From Sphingobacteriales bacterium (GTDB lineage: Bacteria > Bacteroidota > Bacteroidia > Chitinophagales > JAYVJZ01): 35,537 bases of DNA. The stretch lies in contig JAYVJZ010000187.1 in the NCBI GenBank assembly GCA_043768865.1, forward strand, positions 1-35,537, given 5' to 3'. Both the position numbers and the translations under genes were made by a program. Under the pieces are notes generated by a model. It saw only the letters and a list, made by a program, of their open reading frames with translations. It did no database searches and was not told where the DNA came from. Below, in pieces: positions 1-9,073 of this stretch. The stretch's first letter is position 1. Each line of letters opens with the position of its first letter.

Positions 1-7
1 AAAAAAA

Positions 8-781
8 ATGACCAACTTATTGTACGACGTAACGCAAGGCATAGCAACGGTTTCGGTGAACAGACCCGAAAAAATGAACGCTTTGAATATAGATACAATT
101 TTGCAAATAGGCTTGGCAATAGACACCGCATTGGCGGACGAAAGCGTGTGCGGCATAGTGCTGACGGGCGTTGGCGACAAGGCATTTGTGGCAGGGGCTG
201 ATATAGCTGAGTTTGCGAACTATACATCGGCTCAGGGTAAGCTACTATCGGCGAGCGGTCATTCGGTTTTTAACAAAATAGAACAATCAAAAAAACCTGT
301 AATAGCTGCTATCAATGGGTTTGCACTGGGTGGTGGTTGTGAATTGGCAATGGCTTGTCATTTTAGAATAGCTAGCAACAATGCGAAATTGGGTCAGCCT
401 GAGGTGAACTTGGGAATCTTGCCGGGTTATGGAGGCACGCAGCGTTTGGTGCAATTGATAGGAAAAGGCAAGGCTATGGAGATGTTGATGACGGGGGATA
501 TGATTAGTGCTGATGAGGCGCTGGCATTGGGTTTGGTGAATTATGTTACGACTTTGGAAGAGTTATTGCCTAAGGCGCATAGTATTTTGAATAAAATTGC
601 AAGCAAAGGACCTGTGGCGATTGGGTTGGTAATTGAATGTGTGAATGCGGTGTATGATGGCACTAAAGATGGCTTTGCGATGGAGATTGAAGCATTTGGC
701 AACTGTATGGAAAGTGAGGATTTTAAAGAAGGTACGAGCGCGTTTTTAGAGAAACGTAAGGCTAATTTCGTTGGCCGGTAG
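8..781 (+). CDS. enoyl-CoA hydratase/isomerase (crotonase) family protein
   Basis: 257-aa ORF with ATG at 8 and TAG stop at 779-781. Crotonase hallmarks are VAGADIAEF and NGFALGGGCELAMACHFRIA. The C-terminal EGTSAFLEKRKANF is typical of short-chain enoyl-CoA hydratases. Confidence 0.9.
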   Translation: MTNLLYDVTQGIATVSVNRPEKMNALNIDTILQIGLAIDTALADESVCGIVLTGVGDKAFVAGADIAEFANYTSAQGKLLSASGHSVFNKIEQSKKPVIAAINGFALGGGCELAMACHFRIASNNAKLGQPEVNLGILPGYGGTQRLVQLIGKGKAMEMLMTGDMISADEALALGLVNYVTTLEELLPKAHSILNKIASKGPVAIGLVIECVNAVYDGTKDGFAMEIEAFGNCMESEDFKEGTSAFLEKRKANFVGR

Positions 782-785
782 GATA

Positions 786-1397
786 TTATTTAGGCTCGCT
801 TACATGCTGACATAGCACTATCGTAACGCTGCCAATGAGCATAGCTACAATCATTCCTATAACTACATCGACTATAAAATGTTGCATAAGATAGACTCTA
901 GTGAAGGCTACAAAGCAAGCTATAAGCAGGCTGACGCAAGTAACATATTTATTATTAAAATAAAAACTCAATGCCAAAGCCAACCCAAATGCGGTAGCTG
1001 TGTGGCCTGAGGGAAAGCTAAAGGAGTGTAAAATTATAACATCGGGTACGTAATATACGGTTGGTACTTGTTTAAAAAACTCGATTGGGCGTGGCGTTGG
1101 TCCGTAAATATTTTTTAATAGTTGTGCAACTATTGATGAGCCCCAAATAATAAACAGATAGGGAATTGATTTTTTTTTGAGAAATACAATAAATACCAAG
1201 CTAATAATTAATGCAAATAGGCCATCGCCGAGGTGCGTACCTAAGCGTGCGATTGCATCTAAAAAAGGAGTATGATATTGATTAAGTTGTAGCTGCAAGG
1301 TGTTATTGGAGTTGAGTTGGCAGAGAATAGCTCCTGCCGCAATCAATGCTAATTGCAGTATAAAAATAATTCTGTAAGGTAGTGTTATTTTACCCAC
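786..1397 (-). CDS. PAP2-family membrane phosphatase
   Basis: 203-aa polytopic membrane ORF carrying the PAP2 motifs KNIYGPTPRP, FPSGH and TRVYLMQHFIVD (R-x5-H-x3-D). Its start overlaps the stop of the upstream permease gene by 13 nt. Confidence 0.8.
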   Translation of the reverse strand: MGKITLPYRIIFILQLALIAAGAILCQLNSNNTLQLQLNQYHTPFLDAIARLGTHLGDGLFALIISLVFIVFLKKKSIPYLFIIWGSSIVAQLLKNIYGPTPRPIEFFKQVPTVYYVPDVIILHSFSFPSGHTATAFGLALALSFYFNNKYVTCVSLLIACFVAFTRVYLMQHFIVDVVIGMIVAMLIGSVTIVLCQHVSEPK

Positions 1398-2815
1398 TTC
1401 AATTTATTTTTTAGGGTTATAATAGCTTTGCGATAGGCATCGAAATTGAAGAGTTGCGAATCGTTCATGGCTTGGATAGTAAAATAAAACCCTATGGGTA
1501 AGAGGATAATACTGCCGATCCACATACCCCAAAAGGGTGTCAATTTTCCATCGTCAGCGATTTTAAACCCAATAGTATTGAGCACGTGGTATATCATAAA
1601 AAATACTACTGATACGACCATCGGCAGTCCTAGACCACCCTTGCGGATGATTGCCCCAAAGGGGGCACCTATAAAAAACAATACTATGCAGGCAAAAGAG
1701 AGTGTGAATTTACGATGCCACTCTAGTACAAAGTTTTTAATATTGTTCGTATAAATATTGCATTCAAGATTTTTGCCTGCGACTGTATTTTTCAATAATC
1801 GAACATTGGAAAGGGCTTTGTTGTAGGTGCTGTTTTTTATAGAATCGTTAGTGAAAGAGAGGAGTGAGTCGAGCGTGACAGTAGTGCCTGCTATGTTTCC
1901 ATAGGTATAAGTGGTGTCTTGCCAGAGTGTAAAATTTCTTAAAATCGTATTTTTAAGTCTCAAATTGCGTATTTCATTTTTAACGGCGTTGCTGTCTATC
2001 GATTGTGATAGTTGCTTTACATTCATCATTCTATAATTATCTTTTAAGATATTGTCATCGCTTCTGTGCAATTTCATATTACTCAAATCGAATATTTTTT
2101 GAAACGAACCAAAATACATTCTTACTTGTTCAAATTGCTGTGGAGCATTGAATTTAGTTGGCATCTCTTCGTATCTTTTTCCATTTTTAAGATTCATGAC
2201 TAGGTAGTTGGTATCGGCTGTCATGTACATCTCGCCTTGTTCAGCACTGATAATCACATCATTGCCTCGGTTGTTGGTATGATCGTATATCAATACGTCT
2301 TTGATCACACGCCCACTTTGATCTTTGCTACCCACTCTTATGGAATATCCCTCTAACTCACTATAAAATTGACCCGGTATGATGCTAAAAGCGGGTTGCT
2401 TTTGCCGAATGTCAAAGAGCAGCGTGAATAGTTTGAGATTGACAACAGGCAAGGTGTAGTTAGAAAATACAAACGCACCTAGGCAAAGCAAAATACTAAA
2501 AATAATCATACTTCGCATACTTCGTAATAGCGAAATGCCTGATGATTTAATGGCAACTAATTCAAAATGTTCTCCTAAATTACCAAAAGTCATTATCGAT
2601 GAAAGCAAGATGGAGAGCGGCAGCGCAAGCGGAATGCTAATTAACGTTGCATAAAACAAAAACTCCATAATAACACTAAAGCCTAAGCCTTTGCCGACGA
2701 GTTCGTCAATGTATTTCCACATAAACTGCATCAACAAAACAAATGACGTTAATAGCAAAGTGGCTAAAAATGGCAATATAAAGGCTCGTAATACGAGGTA
2801 ATCTATTTTTTTCAA
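1385..2815 (-). CDS. LptF/LptG (YjgP/YjgQ) family permease
   Basis: 476-aa ORF. Three N-terminal TM helices are followed by a large soluble insert (about residues 130-370) and three C-terminal TM helices. The N-terminus LVLRAFILPFLATLLLTSFVLLMQFMWKYIDELVGKGL matches the LptF/G family pattern. Length is typical of Bacteroidota members. Confidence 0.8.
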   Translation of the reverse strand: MKKIDYLVLRAFILPFLATLLLTSFVLLMQFMWKYIDELVGKGLGFSVIMEFLFYATLISIPLALPLSILLSSIMTFGNLGEHFELVAIKSSGISLLRSMRSMIIFSILLCLGAFVFSNYTLPVVNLKLFTLLFDIRQKQPAFSIIPGQFYSELEGYSIRVGSKDQSGRVIKDVLIYDHTNNRGNDVIISAEQGEMYMTADTNYLVMNLKNGKRYEEMPTKFNAPQQFEQVRMYFGSFQKIFDLSNMKLHRSDDNILKDNYRMMNVKQLSQSIDSNAVKNEIRNLRLKNTILRNFTLWQDTTYTYGNIAGTTVTLDSLLSFTNDSIKNSTYNKALSNVRLLKNTVAGKNLECNIYTNNIKNFVLEWHRKFTLSFACIVLFFIGAPFGAIIRKGGLGLPMVVSVVFFMIYHVLNTIGFKIADDGKLTPFWGMWIGSIILLPIGFYFTIQAMNDSQLFNFDAYRKAIITLKNKLKWVK

Positions 2816-2908
2816 AGTTATTTATTGTATAAAATATAGCAGCAATTGTTTTTAAAAAAATAGCATTGTAGGGTAGTTAATATATTGCTGCTTGCGTTGA
2901 TATACATG

Positions 2909-3568
2909 TCAATTAACGCCTTTGAGCATGGGTACAAATTTAAAATCTTCTAACTCCGTTATCTGTAAATCAGTAGCATCAACTTTAATAATTAAGGTCA
3001 TTTTATGAACATCTCCTTTGTCGAGTGGGAGTATCATTTTTCCTCCTATTTTCAATTGTTCTATCAATAGTTCGGGGATTTTTTTTGGAGATGCGGTAAT
3101 GATTATTTTATCAAAAGGGGCGTGATTGGGCAGGCCCTTGAATCCGTCACCAAAAAAATAATGAATATTTTCGATACCCATTTTAGCCAATAGCTTTGGG
3201 GTTTTGTCATGCAACGATTTTTGGCGTTCGATAGTAAACACAGTAGCCCCTAGCTTACTCAATACAGCAGTTTGAAAACCGCTGCCCGTGCCTATTTCAA
3301 GTACTTTATCTCCTTCTTCTATTTCTAATATTTCGGTTTGATATGCTACTGTATAGGGCTGCGAAATAGTCTGATCTTCGCCTATTGGCAGGGCTTTGTT
3401 TTCATACGCATACACTTCAAAAACACTGTCTAAAAACTGATGTCTCGGCACTTTATAAATAGCACTAAGCACTTCATCGTTAGTTATACCTAGCTGCTTG
3501 AGCAAGGCAATCAATTTTTTTCGTAATCCTTGTTGTTTATGGTTGTCTATCAGTGGTCGGTCTTGCAT
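2909..3568 (-). CDS. pcm: protein-L-isoaspartate O-methyltransferase
   Basis: 219-aa ORF with the diagnostic QTISQPY motif, the SAM-binding VLEIGTGSGFQTAVL and the post-I/II motifs (DKIIITAS). Length is typical of Pcm. Confidence 0.92.
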   Translation of the reverse strand: MQDRPLIDNHKQQGLRKKLIALLKQLGITNDEVLSAIYKVPRHQFLDSVFEVYAYENKALPIGEDQTISQPYTVAYQTEILEIEEGDKVLEIGTGSGFQTAVLSKLGATVFTIERQKSLHDKTPKLLAKMGIENIHYFFGDGFKGLPNHAPFDKIIITASPKKIPELLIEQLKIGGKMILPLDKGDVHKMTLIIKVDATDLQITELEDFKFVPMLKGVN

Positions 3569-3601
3569 GTGGCTTTGTTTGATATCTAGTTGTTATGTTT
3601 A

Positions 3602-4093
3602 TTAATAATCTATGGGTAGTATCCATTCATTTTGTAGTTGATGTGCGGTGTTGATATGCATCTGAAACTGCACAGCACCTGCATCTTCAGTGTGTATCTT
3701 TTTTTGGAGTAGGGCTCGCTCGCTCCACGGGCAAGATAGAATTTTATTATTACAAAGTACGAAATAACGTAATTTATTTAACAAATCTACTGCGTGTTTT
3801 GATTCAATTTCTTGCATTGTATGTACTAACTTATCGATGCTGCATCCGCTTGCAGCAGCAATATTGTGATCTGTGCAAATAACTATAAATTGATCGTAGA
3901 GAATACTAAATACTGCTGCAAGTGTCGTGCCGTGTGCATTCCAGTTGCTTGCAAAATTTTGAAGCGTATTGTTTATATCGATTTTTTGTGTTTCATTTAA
4001 TGCTTTATTGGCTGCAAATATCCACACAGTGCTCTGTGGATGAACTTCGGCTACCCAGCTTGGTAATTTTTGAATAGTGAGGGTGGTTTCCAT
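3602..4093 (-). CDS. hypothetical protein (conserved-looking, no catalytic motif recognised)
   Basis: The open frame runs to ATG 4126 (174 aa), but that start overlaps the dapA 3' end by 22 nt. The internal ATG at 4091-4093 (METTLTIQKLPSW...) leaves an 11-nt gap and is preferred here. It is co-directional and tightly packed with dapA and pcm. It contains an SGCSIDK segment; the family was not identified. Confidence 0.55.
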   Translation of the reverse strand: METTLTIQKLPSWVAEVHPQSTVWIFAANKALNETQKIDINNTLQNFASNWNAHGTTLAAVFSILYDQFIVICTDHNIAAASGCSIDKLVHTMQEIESKHAVDLLNKLRYFVLCNNKILSCPWSERALLQKKIHTEDAGAVQFQMHINTAHQLQNEWILPIDY

Positions 4094-4104
4094 GTTTATT
4101 ATTT

Positions 4105-4983
4105 TTATTTTACCTCTTTTAGACATTGGTCGATGTGCTTGTACAAGGTGTCTGAGATGGGCACCAACGGCAAGCGTAAAATATTATTACACATATTTTT
4201 TAGATGCAAAGCGGCTTTTATTCCACTTGGACTTGCTTCGTTGAATAACGCCTCTATGAGTGGAAGCAACTGATAATGCAACCCCTTAGCGGTATCAAAA
4301 TTACCCTTAATCGCTTGATGTACCATAGTTGAAAACGCATGCGGTGCTACATTGGCTACCACGCTTATTGCCCCCGACGCTCCACATGCCATCAAAGGCA
4401 ACGTCATAGCATCATCGCCACTTATCAACTTAAAATCTGATGGCTTGTTTTGTATTATTTCCATACATTGCAATAGGTTGCCGCTCGCTTCTTTGATTGC
4501 GATAATGTTTGGACAATCAGCAGCAAGCCGCAGTGTAGTGGTAGCGCTGATATTAGATCCTGTTCGGCTCGGCACATTGTATAATATTATGGGCAAGGGC
4601 GATGCTTCGGATATTTGTTTGTAATGCTGATAGATGCCGTCTTGCTGAGGACGATTGTAATATGGCGATACAGAAAGTAAGGCGGCAATGCCTTCAAAAT
4701 TCGTTCGTTTTATGACTTCTTTTAAGTCCCATGTATCGTTGCCACCCATGCCTAACACAATGGGAACTCGTGCATTGACAATTTTTTTTATAAACGCAAT
4801 TAAGGGTTGTATTTCGTCTTCAAATAGCGTTGCAGTTTCGGCCGTCGTGCCCAACGCTACGAGATACTCCACCCCTCCTTCGATAGTATGATTGATGACC
4901 CTCTCGAGGGCCGCGTAATCGAGCTCTTCCTTATCATCAAAAGGACTTACAAGGGCTACTCCTGTTCCATTTAAAAAATCCAT
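4105..4983 (-). CDS. dapA: 4-hydroxy-tetrahydrodipicolinate synthase
   Basis: 292-aa ORF with the DapA signatures GTTAE, YNVPSRTG and IIAIKEASG (Schiff-base Lys). The start ATG (4981-4983) directly abuts the TAA stop of the upstream ORF (4984-4986). Confidence 0.93.
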   Translation of the reverse strand: MDFLNGTGVALVSPFDDKEELDYAALERVINHTIEGGVEYLVALGTTAETATLFEDEIQPLIAFIKKIVNARVPIVLGMGGNDTWDLKEVIKRTNFEGIAALLSVSPYYNRPQQDGIYQHYKQISEASPLPIILYNVPSRTGSNISATTTLRLAADCPNIIAIKEASGNLLQCMEIIQNKPSDFKLISGDDAMTLPLMACGASGAISVVANVAPHAFSTMVHQAIKGNFDTAKGLHYQLLPLIEALFNEASPSGIKAALHLKNMCNNILRLPLVPISDTLYKHIDQCLKEVK

Positions 4984-5523
4984 TTATACTAATTTTATTT
5001 TATTGAGAAAATGCTCAATTTGTTCTAAAAATTGTACCGTTGTGGTAGTGTCATAACTAGTAATCATCAGCTCATAGGAGTGTTCGTGTTTTTTGTTGTA
5101 AACCCCTACTCGGCAGGTGCTGTGGCTTAATGCTGCTACATAATCGAGCGGCAAAATCTCGTCTAAACAAGCATTGATAAGTATGTCAAATTTTTTGTTT
5201 ATGAACTTTTCAACATCATCGTCACTTGGAAAAAAATGCGCGTTAATAGTCGATTTATCAAAAACAGGAAAATCAAATTTACTAACTAATTTAGCATTTT
5301 TGCAAAACCCTAGCATCTCTACTACCTTACCTTCACCTCTCAAACGCCCTGCAAACTGTGCGACCGCACTTATTTCACCTGCATTATCTACATTAAAAAT
5401 AAACCCAATGCTGTACGCATTAGCGAGGTTCATAGCTCCGTGAGCCACCACTTTGCGCTTGCTCAGCACATCTCGCAAGTTTTTAAAATATAATCTAGCT
5501 TTATATAAATCGAACATACTCAC
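4984..5523 (-). CDS. hypothetical protein
   Basis: 179-aa ORF lying between accA and dapA with 18-nt and 0-nt spacers, on the same strand. The TAAATG junction suggests translational coupling with dapA. No motif recognised. Confidence 0.6.
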   Translation of the reverse strand: MSMFDLYKARLYFKNLRDVLSKRKVVAHGAMNLANAYSIGFIFNVDNAGEISAVAQFAGRLRGEGKVVEMLGFCKNAKLVSKFDFPVFDKSTINAHFFPSDDDVEKFINKKFDILINACLDEILPLDYVAALSHSTCRVGVYNKKHEHSYELMITSYDTTTTVQFLEQIEHFLNKIKLV

Positions 5524-5541
5524 TATTCCGTTTTTTTAGAT

Positions 5542-6501
5542 TTAATTTGTAACTATAAATTCTTTCCCCATTTTTTCAAACTTACTTATACGTGCTGCAA
5601 TTCGTGCATCGGCACTTACGTTGCTGTGTTTTTTGAGTTGCTCTATAATCGTATTTTTTAATGTAATTGCCATTTCATCGGGTTGTTGATGTGCGCCTCC
5701 CTCAGGCTCTGAGACTATACCGTCTATCAAACCGAACTCTAGCATGTGGGTGGCAGTTAGCTTTAGTTGCTCAGCGGCGAGTTCTTTTTTGTCCCAAGTG
5801 TGCCATAATATAGAACTACACGATTCGGGCGAAATAACCGAATACCATGTGTTTTCGAGCATTAGTACACTATCGCCAATGCCAATACCAAGCGCACCAC
5901 CACTAGCTCCCTCACCAATAATCACGCATACTACGGGCACACGGAGCGTAACCATTTCATAAATATTTCTAGCTATAGCCTCGCCCTGTCCACGCTCTTC
6001 GGCTTCTAAACCAGGATACGCGCCTGGCGTGTCGATAAGCGTTACAATAGGTATGTTGAACTTTTCGGCCAATCGCATCAAGCGCAAAGCCTTGCGATAG
6101 CCGTCAGGGTTGGCCATACCAAAATTACGATGCTGACGCAACTTCGTAGTGCGCCCTTTTTGCTGACCTATGAACATAACACTCTGCCCATTGATGCTAG
6201 CTAAACCTCCCACCATAGCCGGGTCGTCTTTCACGCACCGATCGCCAAAGAGCTCAATAAAATCTGGACTTATTTTTTCAATATAATCCAAAGTATATGG
6301 CCGGTCGGGGTGGCGAGACAACTGCACCCGTTGCCAACCGGTGAGGTTAGCATATAGCTGACTGCGGGTTTCATTTATTCTTAATTGTATTTTTTGCAGT
6401 GCCTCGTGCATATCAATTTTAGAGCGTTCGGCTATTTGCCTTGTTTTTTCTTGCTCGCTGTAGAGTGCTTCTATTGGCTTTTCAAAATCTAAAAATATCA
6501 T
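5542..6501 (-). CDS. accA: acetyl-CoA carboxylase carboxyltransferase subunit alpha
   Basis: 319-aa ORF. AccA-typical features are the LDFEKPI start, [43 protein letters not shown] and [10 protein letters not shown]. Confidence 0.95.
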   Translation of the reverse strand: MIFLDFEKPIEALYSEQEKTRQIAERSKIDMHEALQKIQLRINETRSQLYANLTGWQRVQLSRHPDRPYTLDYIEKISPDFIELFGDRCVKDDPAMVGGLASINGQSVMFIGQQKGRTTKLRQHRNFGMANPDGYRKALRLMRLAEKFNIPIVTLIDTPGAYPGLEAEERGQGEAIARNIYEMVTLRVPVVCVIIGEGASGGALGIGIGDSVLMLENTWYSVISPESCSSILWHTWDKKELAAEQLKLTATHMLEFGLIDGIVSEPEGGAHQQPDEMAITLKNTIIEQLKKHSNVSADARIAARISKFEKMGKEFIVTN

Positions 6502-6702
6502 AAGTATTGCTTTTGCTGCGGGTTTTAACTTTGCTAAACTATTGCAAAAATAGGATATTTTATAATTTTTTTTACTGTTTTATAGTACTTGTTTTGCTTT
6601 TTATATTTTGTTATTAAAAATAAAACAATAGCAATTATGCTTATTTTATGCAAAATTTTAACGTATTTTCACACTACTTATAGCTTACTAATATAATAAA
6701 CA

Positions 6703-6996
6703 ATGAGTATTTTTAGAATTGTTACTTTAAAATTGCAACCCGAAAAGGTGAATGATTTTATTGCTCTTTTTGATGCTGCCAAGCCTACTATAATGGCTAT
6801 GCCGGGTTGCGAGTTTGTAGAATTAATACTAGACCCGAACGACCCTCACACCATTGAAACACAGAGCAGCTGGGAGCAGGAATCAGATTTGGAGAATTAC
6901 CGAAACTCCGATTTTTTCTTAACTACGTGGCGCAAGGTCAAACCCTTATTTGCCTCTAAAGCATCTGCGGTTTCATATTATACAGATTTTACATAA
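6703..6996 (+). CDS. antibiotic-biosynthesis-monooxygenase (ABM/Dabb)-like small protein
   Basis: 97-aa ORF of ABM size. It shows the typical late segment SSWEQESDLENYRNSDFF (W-x-s-x-e-x-l-x-x-h/y-x-x-s-x-x-f pattern). The call is tentative and made without an HMM. Confidence 0.6.
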   Translation: MSIFRIVTLKLQPEKVNDFIALFDAAKPTIMAMPGCEFVELILDPNDPHTIETQSSWEQESDLENYRNSDFFLTTWRKVKPLFASKASAVSYYTDFT

Positions 6997-7005
6997 CGCA
7001 ATACA

Positions 7006-7617
7006 ATGCTACAACCCACTCTCACATTGACATTAGATACTATTGCAACCTACTGGGAACAGCGCATTGCGGCAAGCGATACCCCTTGGGATATTGGTTA
7101 CGCCTCACCTGCTTTGGTTCATCATTTTGACCAACTACTTTCTAAAAATATAAAAATTTTGATACCCGGGTGTGGGGCTGCACATGAGGCTAGGTGGTTG
7201 TTAGCGAATGGTTTTAATGATATCACACTTTTGGATATTGCACCAACTGCCTGCCAACAGCTACATACAAAGTTGGGTGAAACGTGTAGGATTATAAACC
7301 AAGATTTTTTTCAGCATCAAGGCAACTATGACTTGATAGTTGAACAAACTTTTTTTTGTGCATTACCGAACAATTTAAGAACTCAATACGCCGCTAAAAT
7401 GAACACGTTGCTTAATGAAAATGGTACTTTGGTGGGTTTATTATTTGATACACAATTTGAAAAAAAAGGACCCCCTTTTGGTGGTAACATGGCAGAATAT
7501 ATGGTCCTTTTTCAACCCTATTTCAATGAAATAAACATCGCTCCATGTTCGTTATCTATTGCTCCAAGAGCTAATACTGAACTTTGGATTACGTTGAAAT
7601 CTCCTAAAAAAATTTAA
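7006..7617 (+). CDS. SAM-dependent methyltransferase, thiopurine S-methyltransferase (TPMT)-like
   Basis: 203-aa ORF. The N-terminal YWEQRIAASDTPWDIG is followed by motif I ILIPGCGAAHEARWLLANGFNDITLLDIAPTA and later GPPFG, the arrangement seen in TPMT/halide-thiol methyltransferase family proteins. Confidence 0.75.
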   Translation: MLQPTLTLTLDTIATYWEQRIAASDTPWDIGYASPALVHHFDQLLSKNIKILIPGCGAAHEARWLLANGFNDITLLDIAPTACQQLHTKLGETCRIINQDFFQHQGNYDLIVEQTFFCALPNNLRTQYAAKMNTLLNENGTLVGLLFDTQFEKKGPPFGGNMAEYMVLFQPYFNEINIAPCSLSIAPRANTELWITLKSPKKI

Positions 7618-7646
7618 CACTCATCTTCTATTATTCTTTTAAAAAT

Positions 7647-8945
7647 ATGAACTCCTTCAACACATCTTTTTTTTGCTTGCTTGTGTTATTAATTTCTTAC
7701 AACGCTAATGCGCAACGCACTGCCCTGCTCGAAACGTTCACTAACGCAAGCTGCTCGGTATGCGCTACTTATATGCCAAAACTCAAAGGCATACACGATA
7801 CTACAATTATCCCTTTTGTAGAGATTAATTATCACACGCTATACCCGGGCTTAGACAGCATGTACTTCGACAATGCCGCCGAGCAACAACAAAAGTTCGA
7901 TGCGTATGGCCTCTTAGGTACATCAAAAAGCATTATTAATGGGCATATCCCGATCAACACATCAACGCTAACCCTCGCTTGGAATTCGCATAGTTCATCG
8001 TTTGAAACAGCCTCTGCCGCCGTATTTGATATGAATATAGACCAAGCTTTGACGAGCGACACCGCCGTTCAAGTGCAAATAAGCATTACCCCAAGCCTTT
8101 CTTATATCGCATCTGATAGTTTTGTGTTGCAAGTGGTGTTGATTGAAAAAAAAATCAACGAAAGTCAGTATGTTAGTCCGCCCGGTTATAACTCAGAAAC
8201 CGAATATTATAACGTATTTCGTACTTTTATTTCGCCTTTGGTTGGACAACCACTTGTGTCGTTAAGCCCTGCTACTACCGCTTCATACACGTTAAACAAC
8301 ACTTGCTTTACGGTGAAATCGAATGCTCAAAAACGAGTGGTTGCTTATGTGCAAAACAAATATACAAAGGAGGTGCTACAAGCAATTGAATCGCCTCTAA
8401 CGTTCACCACTCCTATACTCACCATTATTGAAGATACTATTTATATTTCTACTAACTTATTTGACACTATTTATCAAACGCTTTATGACACACAATTTGT
8501 ATTTGGTTCTACTATGCCGCCAACTACTACGTATAGTTACACAACCTCTGTAACTCCTGTGTACTCCAGCATTACAGCCATCGATACACTTTTTGCAATG
8601 GGTCCTTTCGAGCTGTTACACAACATTATTGTCAATGAAATAACTACATTGCAACACATAACTACATCAATTATCACAATCACAACCTTCGTATTGATAG
8701 ATAATATTGAGGAACAAACCACGCTGTCTGTGGTTTCCCCAAACCCTACTCACAGCTACTTTAGCTTGCGTGACATCAACGATATTGAACACGTAAAAAT
8801 AATCAACAACGCGGGTCAGATGGTTAGTAAATTCAATGCGCCCAACGAACGATATAGTGTAGAGGGTTTGGCCAAAGGTGTGTACTTTTTATTGATAGAA
8901 ACGCTGACTGGCAGGGCTATTTGTCATAAAATTATCATTGAATAA
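7647..8945 (+). CDS. secreted T9SS cargo protein (type A C-terminal sorting domain) with N-terminal CxxC region
   Basis: 432 aa. Signal peptide is MNSFNTSFFCLLVLLISYNANAQ. A single CSVC motif sits at residues 36-39 in a LLETFTNASCSVCA context that resembles thioredoxin-fold/Omp28-like surface proteins (tentative). A Thr/Ile-rich middle follows. The C-terminus VVSPNPTHSYFSL...GVYFLLIET...HKIIIE fits the T9SS type A CTD. Confidence 0.8.
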   Translation: MNSFNTSFFCLLVLLISYNANAQRTALLETFTNASCSVCATYMPKLKGIHDTTIIPFVEINYHTLYPGLDSMYFDNAAEQQQKFDAYGLLGTSKSIINGHIPINTSTLTLAWNSHSSSFETASAAVFDMNIDQALTSDTAVQVQISITPSLSYIASDSFVLQVVLIEKKINESQYVSPPGYNSETEYYNVFRTFISPLVGQPLVSLSPATTASYTLNNTCFTVKSNAQKRVVAYVQNKYTKEVLQAIESPLTFTTPILTIIEDTIYISTNLFDTIYQTLYDTQFVFGSTMPPTTTYSYTTSVTPVYSSITAIDTLFAMGPFELLHNIIVNEITTLQHITTSIITITTFVLIDNIEEQTTLSVVSPNPTHSYFSLRDINDIEHVKIINNAGQMVSKFNAPNERYSVEGLAKGVYFLLIETLTGRAICHKIIIE

Positions 8946-8980
8946 TTGAGTACTCCTTTAAAGAATAAATAGGACAAATT

Positions 8981-9015
8981 GAAAAATTGGAAAATTTGGA
9001 AATTTGGAAATTTGG
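8981..9015. repeat. 8-bp tandem repeat (GGAAATTT-like), about 4.5 units
   Basis: Read directly: gaaaaatt / ggaaaattt / ggaaattt / ggaaattt / gg. The two central units (8998-9013) are perfect. It lies in the 128-nt spacer 36 nt after the stop at 8945 and 58 nt before the ATG at 9074. Confidence 0.85.
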
Positions 9016-9073
9016 CATCTACTGCAAAAGAACTTGTAATACCAACTTAAAACGAATCGAAACACAATAAGCA

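Noticed and set aside
1494-1754. Assorted short shadow ORFs inside well-supported genes (1494-1754, 4070-4273, 4352-4624, 4688-4891, 5174-5443, 5744-5962, 7832-8062, 8537-8722, 11209-11467, 13048-13749, 14244-14444, 14624-14830, 20712-20954, 24596-24851, 25414-25686, 26633-27049, 28828-29134, 29326-29562, 29866-30054, 34817-35017).
   Set aside because: Each is nested within, or antisense to, a longer ORF with clear family motifs. None has a recognisable motif or independent expression signals.
8981-9015. The short tandem repeat as a possible CRISPR array.
   Set aside because: Units are 8 bp and contiguous with no spacers, the total is only 35 nt, and no cas genes are present.
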